Origin: Azolla caroliniana
Taxonomy: Eukaryota; Plantae; Polypodiophyta
Direction: 5' to 3'
DNA length: 64,000 nt
NCBI GenBank assembly: GCA_043228905.1
Contig: JBHGNT010000007.1
Coordinates: forward strand, 4,402,001-4,466,000
Below the pieces are notes generated by a model, which was not told the DNA's origin, made no database searches, and was given only the letters and a program-made list of their open reading frames with translations. The first letter of the stretch is position 1, and the number at the start of each line of letters is the position of its first letter. Positions 49,542 through 62,839 of the stretch are shown piece by piece. The position numbers and the translations under genes were made by a program.

Positions 49542-51880
49542 GACAAATGATTGCACTTAACAATTTGAATATGTTACATGGTGTGTAGCTACTGAGTTGT
49601 TTTGATATTGATGTTTTTACTCATTGGGCCACTTGACCAATGGACCCATTGGTCATACTAATAGTAGTCCTACAACCTAATTGAGTCCAAAATATAGTGT
49701 CTATGCTTGTCTTGAAACTCATTTAATATAATCTTCTATGGTACATACATGGACCTACTTGGCCATGGTGTCTCTCATAATCCCATGGAGAATGTGATGG
49801 CCAAGCTCACGCACTGTAGTCTGTTCTCGGTGCGGAAGAGGTTTGGTGTCATGCTCCCAAGATGGGCTTCAATTGAAAACAATTCACCAGCCGAGGCTTG
49901 ACCAACCACTATTGAAAAGGTTCTAGCAAGAACACATTTGGGTCTTGCCATAATCCTTAATACAATGGGTATGTGCCAATCCTTTTACATCTTGGGCCAT
50001 TACAAGCTGTTTTGCCACATCTCACGAGCATTGTTGTTGCGACAGTAATATTGATCCCTTAAAATCACATCATGGGGCCTCCTCATGCTACTTCTTGCAA
50101 CCTTGTGGTAGATGAATGTGGTGTTAAGGAAACAACACTTGTGGCTTTGTATTGCCAAGCATTTGCCACCCACATGTTAAGCACTTGCCATACATTAATG
50201 TACTTCCCATGCCTTACCAACGACATCACTTTAGCTGAGGGGACAAATCTAGTGGTGCGGCTTCTATGTTCGGGTGTTAATTTGGCTGTTGAAACATCAG
50301 GTGTGAATTTGGCGGTCGATGCGGCCACGCAATTGGTTCACAATTACTTTCGTTCAGTTTGAGGTGATTGGCGGTTCTTGGCGTGATGGTTTGCCTAGAT
50401 TTGTATGTAGGCCTTGTGTCATGCTCCCCCCGAGTCCTTGGATATGGGTTGCAATGATGGTAAGGTGGTACTACATGTGTTGGGTCGGCATTGGCCAAGC
50501 ATCGGCAGCGAGGGCAGTAGCGCCATCGCAACCCTAGATTTCTCCTGGAGAGAGCCGGATGTTGAAAAACAAATCACTAAAACTAAAAATAGGCATTACA
50601 TAGTAGAATGGGGAATCAAGAAGTGAGTGGCTAGGAACCTCTGCCTTACTCAAAATTTGTTTTCTGTTTCGCCAACTACGTATGTGTCTATGGTGTGGAG
50701 AGATGCATGTGTTGTGCACATTAATTAAGCAGCACTGATGCTTGTCAGCATTGGTCTGGCGTGTTGTCATAGCCTATAGGTCAGATACCAGAATTAAGAA
50801 AATTCTCAAACTCTCACATACATCAAAAGTTGTTAATCATTTGTGTCATACCCAATTTTTTGATCTGGAACATCCCGTCGCCCTCGATGTCTACAATCCA
50901 ATAGGGACCGGCGGATCGTCCTTGATGTTACCAATCCAATAGGGACCGGACCATCCACAGTTTTCAAAGTTTTGGTGGCATGCACCTGGATCACATCTAA
51001 AAGACATGTGTAAATTTCCCCATGGCAAGCTGGAATTACATAAGTTTGAATATGCTCTCACCAAGTGTGCCCAAAGGCACAAAATCAACATCCTCTGTTG
51101 CAAACAGGAGTTACATTGGCCCCAAAGCTCCAAGAACTCTGTATTTTTTTAGAGTTTCTAGGACATACTTTACTCGGGCAATGTACACTATAAATCCCTC
51201 TTAAGAGTAACTAGCACATATTTGGGTAACTTAGGCGCGAATGTGAACTGGCTGAAATGCCTTAAAATCACATTTTAATAAAACAATATACTTTTGCCTC
51301 TTACAATAGATGCTTAGGGGGTTCCAAAAACTTGTATATCATTTCCCTCTGTTTCTGTGTTTTCTTTGCCTTTCCACCATTTTCTCTGTTTCAATTTCAA
51401 GTCCACCAGTACACATGGGCAGTACTGAAACAAACCTCTTGGCCTCCTTTCAAACTGGGTGGGACAATTTATCTCAATGGTTCTATTGACAATTAATAAC
51501 AATATGACACAGATTGAATCATCAAGAACACTTTCAAAATGTTGGTTCAACATCTTAATTCATGGCCAATTATTTATCGTTTTCAATAAAACACAAGTTA
51601 TGTTTTACAACATTGCAAAAACCATTCCATTATTAATGAAGTATAATTAAATTACAATCCCACTGGGTTAAACAATATACATGTGGGTGAATATGGTTCA
51701 AAACCTCAAGTAATGCCAAGCAGTCTTTCCTTCAAAGAGATTTCCAATGAAAATACAGGTTTGAAATAGGGTAAGAATTTTGGTTGGAGCTCCAAACTGG
51801 GTTTTAAGACGAGAATCTCTCTGGGAAAATGTTGCTGCCACAAATAAATTTTGATCATTTTAACCTAAATCTGGTTTTGG

Positions 51881-54800
51881 TCATGAGACAGCATCTATAA
51901 CAAATGTCTCGAGGTATCTCCACACCTTATCAACAACACCTTTTGCACACTCTTCAGATGCATGACGTGCAGCCTCTCTACAAACTTGTAGATTCTTTGA
52001 ATTGCTGAAAAGTGCCTTCAAAGTTATAAATAATTCCTCCCTCCCAGATACTTGCGTAACTGATTTAGGTGAAACAAGTTTGAAGTCTGAGACCATTTGT
52101 GAGAAATGGCCAATGTGAGATCCTGCATGAAATAATTCCATTACTTCTGGTAACAGTTTGTTACTTTTTCTTTTGGTAATCTGTTTCTTCTCAAAAAGGT
52201 TAGATGGTTTCATACCTGTAACTATAGCACAGCCTGCAGCGGCAGCCTCAGCTATGTTATGACCAGCCATTCCTTTGAAGAGAGATCCTCCAACAAAAGC
52301 AACACAAGAGAGTCGATAAAATAACTTTAATTCGCCTATCAGAAAGAAGAAAAGGTTAGAGTAAGCAGTATGTAACTGAAACACTGATTTTTTACATCAC
52401 TTAAGGTAAAACTTGCTCATGAGAGATCAATAAATTGAGTTCTTGATAACCTTAAGAAAAAGGTTTGGTATGTATTTCATCATCACCATTTTAATCAGTA
52501 GGGTCACTTGTACACCCAGTAGACGTACAAAGATATTGCCCCACATTATACTCTGCATTAATGTCTAAAGCTTTACGTTGCTTCCATCTTCAGGTACACA
52601 TTAAGAGGTATGGAATTGAGAACATAAATAGGCAATGTGAAATTCATGATAGACTTCTTCCATTGCAAAGAGAAAGGCTGGAATGAAAATTATGTAAAAT
52701 AACTCAGTGCCAACATGGTAGATTAGACTGTATTTAGATCTGTGTTGCAATGTGTAGATCCAGAAAAAAATGTTGAAGCTTAAAAAATATCAGGCAAAGA
52801 AGAGAAGGCAAATCATCGCTTAGAAAAAAACATTTTACAAAATATGAGACTTGATTCCACGTGAATGCCTAAAATAGTTCACAGTTGGGAAGAAAATAAA
52901 AATAACAGGTTCTATAAACAATTGACAATCACATTCTGGCCATGGCTGGTAATCTCAATAAATTCTTTCACACCCTCTTCACCACCTTCTTGTGAGTTTT
53001 CAGCCTAATTGCATTCATCTAACGTGAACGATAATTTCACTACGTTTTCCAGCCTTGAGTGAACCCATTGTGTGAACCCAAGCATCAGTCATGATGAAGC
53101 ATGTAACATTATGGTTCCAAGAAAAGAACGAAACCAAATCACAGATTTTCAAGATCTCATCCTAAGAGATGTACCAATGGTATCAGCAACATATATATCC
53201 GTTGTTGAGATGATACGATCACCATTGGATCTAATTGCAATCTGCATGCCTTGTTGCTGTAATTTCTGCATTATATACATATGAAAGATCAGTTTATGAA
53301 ACACATTATAACTGCATTATGGCAATCACTCTTGTATAACCATAATCGATGTAAAATAAATATCACCATGCCAATCTCTTTTCCTCTTTCTGGGTGCCTC
53401 GGAGCAATGATAACGATAAGCTTGGAAAATATTTGTTTTAACTCCATGTGGACGCTTGCTAGTACTGCACTTCGCATTTATAAACCATATAAACTGATGG
53501 TCGGAAAAGTTACAGAGAAATTTAAAGAGATTCATGCTCCAACAAGGTTTGTGACACTAACCATCTTCTTCACCAGAATGAGTAGAAGCAGCAACCCATA
53601 CACAGCGACTATGTAAGCTTTCTTTCAATTCACAGAGTTCATCTTCTGAAATGACTGAATTGTCCAAATAGCCCACGGCTGGAGTACATTGCGGACAACA
53701 GAATAATTTCATGATATATAAGCAAACATATCACATGTATATCAGCAAGGACGCAGTGAAAACTCTAACTAAATAATATATTATTTGTGGACAGGGAAAT
53801 CATGATGTTAAACAAAATGGTATGATATATTTATGCTAAAATTCTATATTTACTCACACCATACCAAATAGCACCTTGGTATACAAACAAGCTTACATTG
53901 TAACAGACATTATGGATTTCATTGCATCCAAATAAATATCAGTCATATAAATCTCCCTATGCACAATCTGTTCAAAGCAGATAGTTTAAAAACTCAACAG
54001 ACATAAAAGCAACACATGTCAGGAGCATGAATATTACATTAAAGAGAGAATGTGTCATATTGGTGGAGCTTGTTCCTACAGAAACAGTTACCCTCAGCTC
54101 ACACCAACTGTCTGCTATCCTATTCCAGACTCCAAGACTTCTCCTCTAGGTTGCACAGCTATCTACGGTAATAGCCGGACAACACCACCCTAATTTGGAA
54201 TTGAAATGACCATGTCATAAGGCATGCACAATGGGCCTGATACCCAACTCAATACAAGAGGCCTTCCGGCCAATTCCTAGCAAGGTCAAGTACTTTACAG
54301 GAACTCCTGTGTCCTTCCATTGTCAGATGTAAAATCTGTAATAATTGTCTTGACCTTGGCCTTCTTCAGGTACATTCAGTCTCTTTCACCCGTCAATAGG
54401 ATGACCTTGGTCAAATAGCATGTATTGCACCTTTCTGATTTGGCTGGCTTACATTCATTTCTGCAGTCATATTCAACTGATGTTGGAGCTAATTTATGTG
54501 GTTCCTTCTTCTAGCCATTCTTGCCAAGTTGCTGTTATCATTGAAGGAAAACGATTCGAGTTTAATGAGAATATTAAATGGCTAGCTATTAAGGCCACAT
54601 AGGACTAGAGGAAATCAATGGCATTACACACACAGAAACAATGTAGAGATGATTTGGTCTGGCATGCACTTAAATTTCAGCATTCCAGTATTATAACTTT
54701 CTCTTACAGGGTTCATGTTTCTCACCACAGGCATCATACATTTAATATTGCACATTCACCCGAATGAGTGGTTATATCAAGCACATCTACTGACTCCATA

Positions 54801-57800
54801 TAAAATAATGGACTTACTAAGGAACCAAACTACAAAATCTTTCTCCCTCAAAAGCAGCATATTCCCATATCAGTCTGATATACTATTATTCTCTTTGTTC
54901 AAATATGCACCCTAAAAACAAAAACACGATGATGATGGTTCTTCTCTAATGAAACTACAGGAGCTCAGGCTTAGATCTGACATAATCATGGATATGCAAA
55001 AGATAGTTACAAAAAGCTAACCTTTTGTCACATGTGCAGCATCACAGACCAATTTCTAGCACCTTTATCTCTCAAAGTGTGAGATACTCCTTCCTTTCTA
55101 TACATAAGTTTTGAAGCTATATGCTATTGCTTATGGCTATTTGATAATACCAACTTACCATATTTTAGATTTCCAGCAAAATGAATGGTTGTTGGGTCTG
55201 CCCCAAGAATTTGATAGCGCACAGCTTCTTTGTTGCTCTGTGATCAGCCGATTTGCACACATAAATGGAGGCATATAATCATGCATTCAGATATAAAAGA
55301 CATAATAGCCATGTTCATACCGAAGGCAGAATAAGAGAAAAATTTGTGAGCATTTGAATCACCAAAGGTCTGGCAACTGGAAGAGACCACCACTCAAAAG
55401 ACTTTGAAGACATTCTAGCATTTAATAATGCCAAGAATGTCTGCATTTGTATAAGTTATAAAACATAGTAGTCAGAACACTCACATTCCTCTCTGCCTTT
55501 TTACATTTCGTCCGTAGACATCTTTAATGATATCTCCTTACGTACCCCTTTTGAGAATGCAATTAAGAGAAGGTTTGGCCAGAGTTCACTCTCCATAAAA
55601 ATGCCGGCCTCTGGATGCCAATGTGCAAGGAACTTCTCAACTGCAAATGGAGTATCTATGGGAGCAAACTGCACATTTCCCCTCTAAGATGGTCAACACC
55701 ATGCCATGCTTCATTAAAAGAAATCTTAGAACTATTTGATATTTTGAATATTCGAACAGCCACCTTAAACATTAAAAGTCTTATGATATGTAAATATAAT
55801 AAGACAAAAAGAATATTAAATATTTTGTACCAAATCCAGGTATTCGAGCCGATAACAGAAATTACATTAAATATAGCTTATCAGACTCTGAAGTTAACTC
55901 AGACTATTTATGAAAATTAGAGCATTAAACAGATCATTTCAACCATTTTCTCAACCACCTCAGTAATTTTTCCAATATTGAATATTAATGAAACCACAGT
56001 GCAAACTTAGACCTAAATCTGATTGGTTCAATCATGTGGAGAGTTTTCAACAAGGTTAATTAAAACTTTGACTTGTATTCTCTTGCCACTCTTTTCCACT
56101 ACATACATATTCAAATATCTTCAACATTCCAGCTTGCATATCATTTTTGAACGTTTTGAATCTAGCAGTATAAAAGATTTTTCTTCTGTAGTTTTTCTGT
56201 GATAAACATCGAATTTTCTAAGTGCCTTTGGGGTAGGCAATTTTGAGGCATTGTCCTTACATTCAATATGTACTTGTAAAAAGGCATAAGAATCTCTCCG
56301 CGTTCTTCCGGTTTCTAGAAGCATTAAGGAGATGGGGTTGTGCTCTCAACCCTAAATGGCAGTGAAGAAAAATATTTGACTTGCTCAATTTGATGAGGTT
56401 GCTGCAATTTACAGAAAGCATTTACAATATTTTACAGCTGTTGTAGTGACAGATTAGGATATTTATACTTCGTATAAACTATAAGCAATACTGTGAAATG
56501 CCCAATGGCTGTTTTTTACTCATGGATATATGGACTGAGTAAAGTACCCAATTGATGGAGTTCTTGCTCAATCCCATGCTTCTCATGAACTCTCCAGAAA
56601 AGCTTTCATTCTGCCTTCAAACACATTGATTTCATGTATGCGAGAACTCCAGGTTTAATTTAAAGTGTTCAAATGCATTGCAAAAGTAAATTCCAATGTT
56701 CACATGATTGTATGCTCGAGAGGTTAATGTAAAAGCTAATGTGGTCAAATATCGGGTTAGAATTTCATTGGACAGTTCACTTCTTTGAACAGCGATTGTC
56801 GCCCTTTACCAGCCAAAATACTTGTTTACTTATGTCCTGCCATCATTTTTATTTACACCAGAATGACTACCTCCACCGTTTAGGTACTTGCAAGCAGTTT
56901 TTAAATATTATTGTTGCCATTGAAGTCATATTTCTTCAGGCCACTATGTTAGACATGTGCTTTCAATTGTGCATCATGATCATGGAATAGAATTTTGCTG
57001 TGATACTGTTATACGTTTTTAAAAGATAGGTGGGGTTGTTATTTACTACAGCTATATATTTGACTTTGTTTCCAGTTGGAGTTCTGTTTAGGGGTTCTGG
57101 AGACACATTGACATGGGAGAATATAGCACAAAACATGTGTGTATCACTCCATAGAGTTTCTTGTATGTCTTCATCTGATGGTACTGATATCTGTCAGGCA
57201 GAAGCCAGGCATAGAGCCAGAGACTTCCTACACAGAATGACCATTTTCCTTTACTCAACTCATTTACTTATAGCAATACATAATGAAAAAAACTCTCAGT
57301 ACAAGAATCAAGTTCTTATTCTACAAGTATATAGAAATTCCTTACTTGAAATAACACGCCAGATGGAATAATTTGCTGCAAAACATAGCTGAAATGTGAA
57401 ATACAATGATAATTCATCACCATGCCTTCAAAGGCGCACAAAGCATTTTATTGCTGACTCTTTAAAAATAAGATTGCCAATGAATGCTTACTAAGACGTC
57501 ACTGTGGAAGTTGTGAGTAGAATATTGAGGGAAGGTCTTTTCAACATGCATTGTTTGATCACAGGAATGGCTGACATTGCTTCACCTAAGGCCGTCCAAA
57601 TTCATGAATCAAGTGTTATTACTTGATAAGTTCAGCTTTATAATCTACAGTTGTTGCGTTAGAGGATGAACGGGGTTATATGATGGGTTTTACAGCTTTC
57701 CAGTTCATAATACAATTGAAAAATGTTCGAACTTTCGAATTTTAGATACAATTTTGTATAATACTGATCCATAATACTTAGCAGTCATGAATTGCAAAAT

Positions 57801-59066
57801 CTCTTATGCATATACAAAAAACACAATGTATATTGCTGATAAACACTACAACATATGAATGGTACTCGAAGATTCAACCAGCATCACACATAAACCACAT
57901 TTCAGTTCAAAATAACTGACATGCCTGATCCATTTCAGAGGCGAACTGAATCCCATAGTCAAAATTAATAAACCAACCCAGCATATATGTGTGTAATGTG
58001 TATGGCTGTTTTTTTTATATATCCATGGTTCTCAAAATCTCTAGATTTATAACTACGTACTGTTGGGCTACCCGCATGCTATTTTCGCCACTGCATTCAT
58101 TATTTGAAGATGTCAATTGCAGCTATACACAATCTATTTTTATTCTAGATAACTCGTTTGTTTCTATTTTGATAGGAACAGTTAATCCCACAATTTTTTC
58201 TTCCCCATTAGTCTAATGCATTTCAGAGGCCAATTGAAGCACATTGTCAATAATATAATAAAACCAAGCACATATTGCCTGTAGTTTGCATAGATGTTTT
58301 TTTTTTATATTTCCACAGTTTTCAGAATCTCAAGACTTGTCATTATATACTAATGGGCTACCTGCCTGCTATTTTGGACACTGCATTTAATTACGTGCAG
58401 ATGTAAATTACTGCCATACACAATTCTATTTTTACTGTAGATACTCGTATGTGGCCAAATATGATAGGAACAGTTAATCCCACAATTAACTGTTCAACTA
58501 GCAATTACGGAAGCAATTATTCCACTTGAACACCCATTTTCTAACAATTAATCTCTCTCAATTAGTTGTTTCTAAATATTCACACAAGCTCACTTACCCC
58601 TTCTCATTTATTCTACTCAAAACGTCCAATTAATTGTTTCCATGAATAAAATCCCTCAAATTTTCTGACTGAAACATTAAGCAAACATCCAGCAGACCAT
58701 TTCTCTGCCTGTATATGAATTCGGCTTTAAAGATAAAACTTTCTAACAAAGACTTCTCAAGAACAATAGACAAGTAGCATTCGCAGACACAAGCGGCAAG
58801 AGGCCAAAATGAAAGATTTGAATGATTTGATTAAAATAAATAATCAAAAAGGATAATGTTCTCAGATTCAACATACCAACGGAGACGGCGTGGAACCAGA
58901 GGAGGGGGCCAGGAGGCCGCGGCAGAGAAGCTCGGCCGAGCCTCTCTTGCCATCGGGGTGGGGAGGGGTGTTCGAGGCCTCTGCATCGCCTCCAGTAGAG
59001 ATGGAGAAGCAGGAGGGGAGTGGCTGCGGAGGTTAGGGTTCGATACAGAGCTCCTGCAGTCGCCAT
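51881..59066 (-). CDS. KDTA: 3-deoxy-D-manno-octulosonic acid (Kdo) transferase, WaaA/KdtA homologue (GT30), ~438 aa, 11 exons
   Basis: Exons 59066-58877, 57585-57492, 57388-57346, 55668-55546, 55440-55321, 55237-55159, 53678-53562, 53464-53367, 53265-53175, 52335-52216 and 52122-51881 (1317 nt) are in frame. Motifs: ERLG...LLWFHAVSVGE, ILLTTST, FAPID, FMESELWPNL, LLNARMS..S, GNLKY, WVAASTHSGEE, IIAPRHPERG, DTIGEL, AFVGGSL, GHNIAEAA. Confidence 0.95.
58007..58487. repeat. Diverged ~190-bp direct duplication in KDTA intron 1
   Basis: TTTTTTATAT...TGGGCTACC.GC.TGCTATTTT...CACTGCATT...TGATAGGAACAGTTAATCCCACAATT occurs at ~58007-58196 and ~58297-58487. Confidence 0.8.
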
Positions 59067-62000
59067 CGCTGGTACAGACAGCAATCCAAAAACCCTGGAA
59101 ATTGGGGTTTATAACGGCTTGTGGGGGAATTTTGAAGAATTTTGCGGCTTGGGGGGGTTGCAGGTTTCACACTTGTCCGGACGGACAACCTCTTGTCCGG
59201 ACGGACAAAACCCAACCCAACCCAACCCCACCTCTCCTCTCCTCTCCTCTCTTGGGACCCAATATCGTCGAGAAAATAAGTACATATGTACGCATCCCTC
59301 GATCGTTTGCCGAGAAAGAAACCATGGCCACACCAAGGAATGTACGTCTTTCTTTCTCCTGTGTTTTGGGTAAAGCCTCTAACCCTAAACCCCTAGGTTG
59401 GGGATTCGAGCCCACGAGTAACTACGGGACCTGATTTCCCGAACACCTGTACCTATATATACCTTTTATGTGTTGAGCTGGCAACCGCCGCACCTTTCTT
59501 TCTTTCTTTCTTTTTTCTCTCCAGTATTCGTTCTCTTGCTCGCTCACTCACTTCCAAACGATGCCATTTTCTACAACTCCCGATTTTTCACCCAATGGCA
59601 TTCACATCAGACGCAACATATGTATGTTGGAATCGAAAAACTTGTCCCAACACCACACGAGCTGCATCACCAATATTGGACGGGTTTACTCAACGGATTG
59701 TGATTATCTTAGGTAAGTTTATCGAAGTTTATGAAGGCTTATTATCAAAAGTTGCAATTACCGAAACCCTGTTGTTTTTCTTTTCTTCGAGGTTTTCACT
59801 TCTTCGTTTCATTCATTTTTCTAACTTTTAATCTTTGAAATTCACATTAGATATTCGAACAAATTAGAAAGCTTGTCTAGAAACACGACTTGTGTCTCAT
59901 TTTAAGAAGCCTTACTCGAAATTACACTTATCTAAATTTCAACCTAAACATGCCAAGATACGAGGATGTGGGAATACGAAGACGATGCCAAGATAAAAAG
60001 GCATCATCACTATTTAGGACCCCTTGTTATTTTCTTTAAAGTTTTTGCTTTTTAAGCATGCCCTTTTTATAGCATATCATTAGATTAGGTTAACATTATA
60101 TAATTCGACAATTTTGAGAACAATCTAGAAACATGGAAGGTATGTTATTGTATTAAGGCTTAGTTAAAGTTGTGAATATTTATGAGTATATTAGAGTATA
60201 ATAAAACTTTTAGTTGCCTTCTTTCGTGTCAGTAGCCAAATCTTTTTTGTTTCCTTTGAGGTTTTTCTCTCTAATCAATGGTTTCTTAAATGGCAAGAGC
60301 TAAACAAAGATCATGTCACTCCTGACTAAATGTCGATTAGTGCACAGTGACTCTCTATATAACTCACAACTGCTCATGTCAATCACCTCCACTTGTCTTA
60401 CCTTCCCAGCTAATGCTACCATACATGCAAACTCACCATATGATAAAAGTCCTTATATCCCATGTCTAAAAGTTAATCCTTCACAAACATACACATGCAT
60501 AAACCTAAACACACACATGTATGCAATCAACATGCACATACTATATATATAATGTATGGTTGTACAAAAACATACACATACTTTCACAACTACACTCAAT
60601 TACGATTGCACACTCCCAATGATACATTCGCTCACTCGTATAAACTACGACTCAAAAACAACCATAGGCGTGAGACTTTTGCATGTTTTATCCACTCACA
60701 CTCTTGCACAGACTTGGTTATTGTTTGAATATTATAAAGAAATACATTCACCTACATGTATAAACTATGTTACAAAAAACAACCTTTTTGCATATTTTAT
60801 CCACATGTTCTTGTGTGGACTTGCTTTTTTATTTGAAGCCACTAAAAAGTTCAATTTTTTACACACATGCGCACATCCATACACATTTTCATGAGTAAAA
60901 ACAAAGTGCTCTCACACATGCCAAGAGCGGGGAATTTACAAGTGCACGTTCACATGTCATTATGCACACTCAACTTCAACATGAGCTACTAAGACATCAT
61001 CACCTAATCTCATATTTCTTGAGTTAGGATCCTTGCTATCTTGCGCATAGTTTCCCATGTGCATGTGAATTCCCCAAACAGTGAGTTGTATGTCAAGTGG
61101 AATTACTTATATGAAGAGACATGGGGGTTGCGTCACTTGCGTTGTGCCATGTTTGGGCTAAATGTGCTCACTTAGATGTGTGATGGGGTGTGGGTGAAAT
61201 GCGGGGGTTGGGGTGGAGTGATCCTCAAATGAGTGAGTTTGTTTGAGGACAAAGTGTATGGTTGGTTGGGACAGAGGGGTAGAGGAGAGAAGACGAAGGA
61301 AGGCAGGGGTAGAGGGGTGCAACGTTTGCTAAAATACACGTGCGTGTGGAACATTAGTAGGACCATCAGGAATCTTAATCAAAGAGGATGGAATTGGTCT
61401 AATTGTTAATGTCCGAGTGCTCGGAGTAGTTGAATTTCACACTTGTTTTCCTTTGGGGAGTTAAAATCACCTTACTTTTTGTATATTTTGTGTGGATGGG
61501 GCCTCTCTTATATGTGCGCGTGCAAGTTTGCACATATTTGCATATATATCAAATAGTTAGTATGTTTTTATGCATAAGTAAATGTTTGAAAACATGTGAG
61601 TATGTCACATGTGCGTGTGCGTGCGTGCGTGCGTGTGTATGTATATAGGTATGTAAGTACATATTTATGCAAGTACGTATATGGGTGTACCGTGTGTGTA
61701 AATAGATTGGTAACGTATTCTTATATGAAAAAAATGTATATTTGTGCATGTGTATGTCACATGTGCACTTGTATCCATATTTGTATATATACGTGTATCT
61801 ACATGTATACGATTTTATGCAAGTGGTTATGTGTGTATATGCATTTTTAAGTGTATTTGCATGTTGTTTCGTGGAGTTTATTATTATTATTTTAAAGTAA
61901 GTAAAAAGGTGAGGACCGATTTGGGTGCATGTGAGTTCAGGTTGTGTTACTCGCATACGTCAAGGCAGTTATCGGGAAGGTGGCATCAACATTATTAGTA

Positions 62001-62699
62001 TAGGCCGGACAATAACATATGAAAATGGCACTAATAGCAACAATAACAGGTGGTGGTGGCGATGATTGTAGTGCTAATACTTCCTCCTTGTGCAAAAATC
62101 TAGATGCTAACAATGAGCTCCTTCCCCCTTTTATTTACTTTTGCAGCTCCTCATGCAAAAAAAAAAACAATAGGTCCTTCTTTGTTATTGCATGCACCTA
62201 TACTTATATTTCAGTGGCACTTGGTGTGAGAATTGCGGTGTATGATGCTCTTTGTGAATTTGTATTCCACTAATTCAATCACATGCGTTCTTAAGAACCT
62301 CTTGGAGTAGAGACCACCTCGGATTTGTATTATCAAAGTTCCCTAAATTTCCAAGTATATCCTATATGCCAAATTTGAATCTTAATGTGCGAGAGAGTGA
62401 GTGGTTGAGCCACCTTTGCTTTTAGTGACTTCGTATAAATTAAAGAGAAAAACAGAAAAGGTTTCTGTAATCTTTAAATGATTTTACAATCGTTAGTTGT
62501 CTTATTAATATAAAAATGGCATAATGATCTAATTAGCCACTTTTCATAATCAAATATCTCCATAAAAATTAAAATATTCTATTGTTTCCCTATATTTCCT
62601 TGTTACGTAGTATGCATGGCTACAAATTTAATAGGATATATCAATACTATTAGGATATCATTAGCGATGATGTGTGTTTCCATAACTCATGTGTCTCAA

Positions 62700-62718
62700 A
62701 CATATATAATATATATAC

Positions 62719-62765
<47 letters not shown>

Positions 62766-62770
62766 CATAT

Positions 62771-62833
<63 letters not shown>
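62700..62833. repeat. (AT)n/(AG)n compound microsatellite
   Basis: Direct reading. A similar (AT)n(AG)n tract lies at 5489-5547. Confidence 0.95.

Positions 62834-62839
<6 letters not shown>

Noticed and set aside
45390-59066. HMGR plus KDTA as a biosynthetic gene cluster
   Set aside because: They belong to different pathways and compartments (ER mevalonate versus mitochondrial lipid A-like), are convergently oriented, and have no tailoring enzymes nearby.
58856-59434. 192-aa + strand ORF overlapping KDTA exon 1
   Set aside because: It is an antisense shadow of a GC-rich exon and promoter simple repeats, with no recognisable domain.
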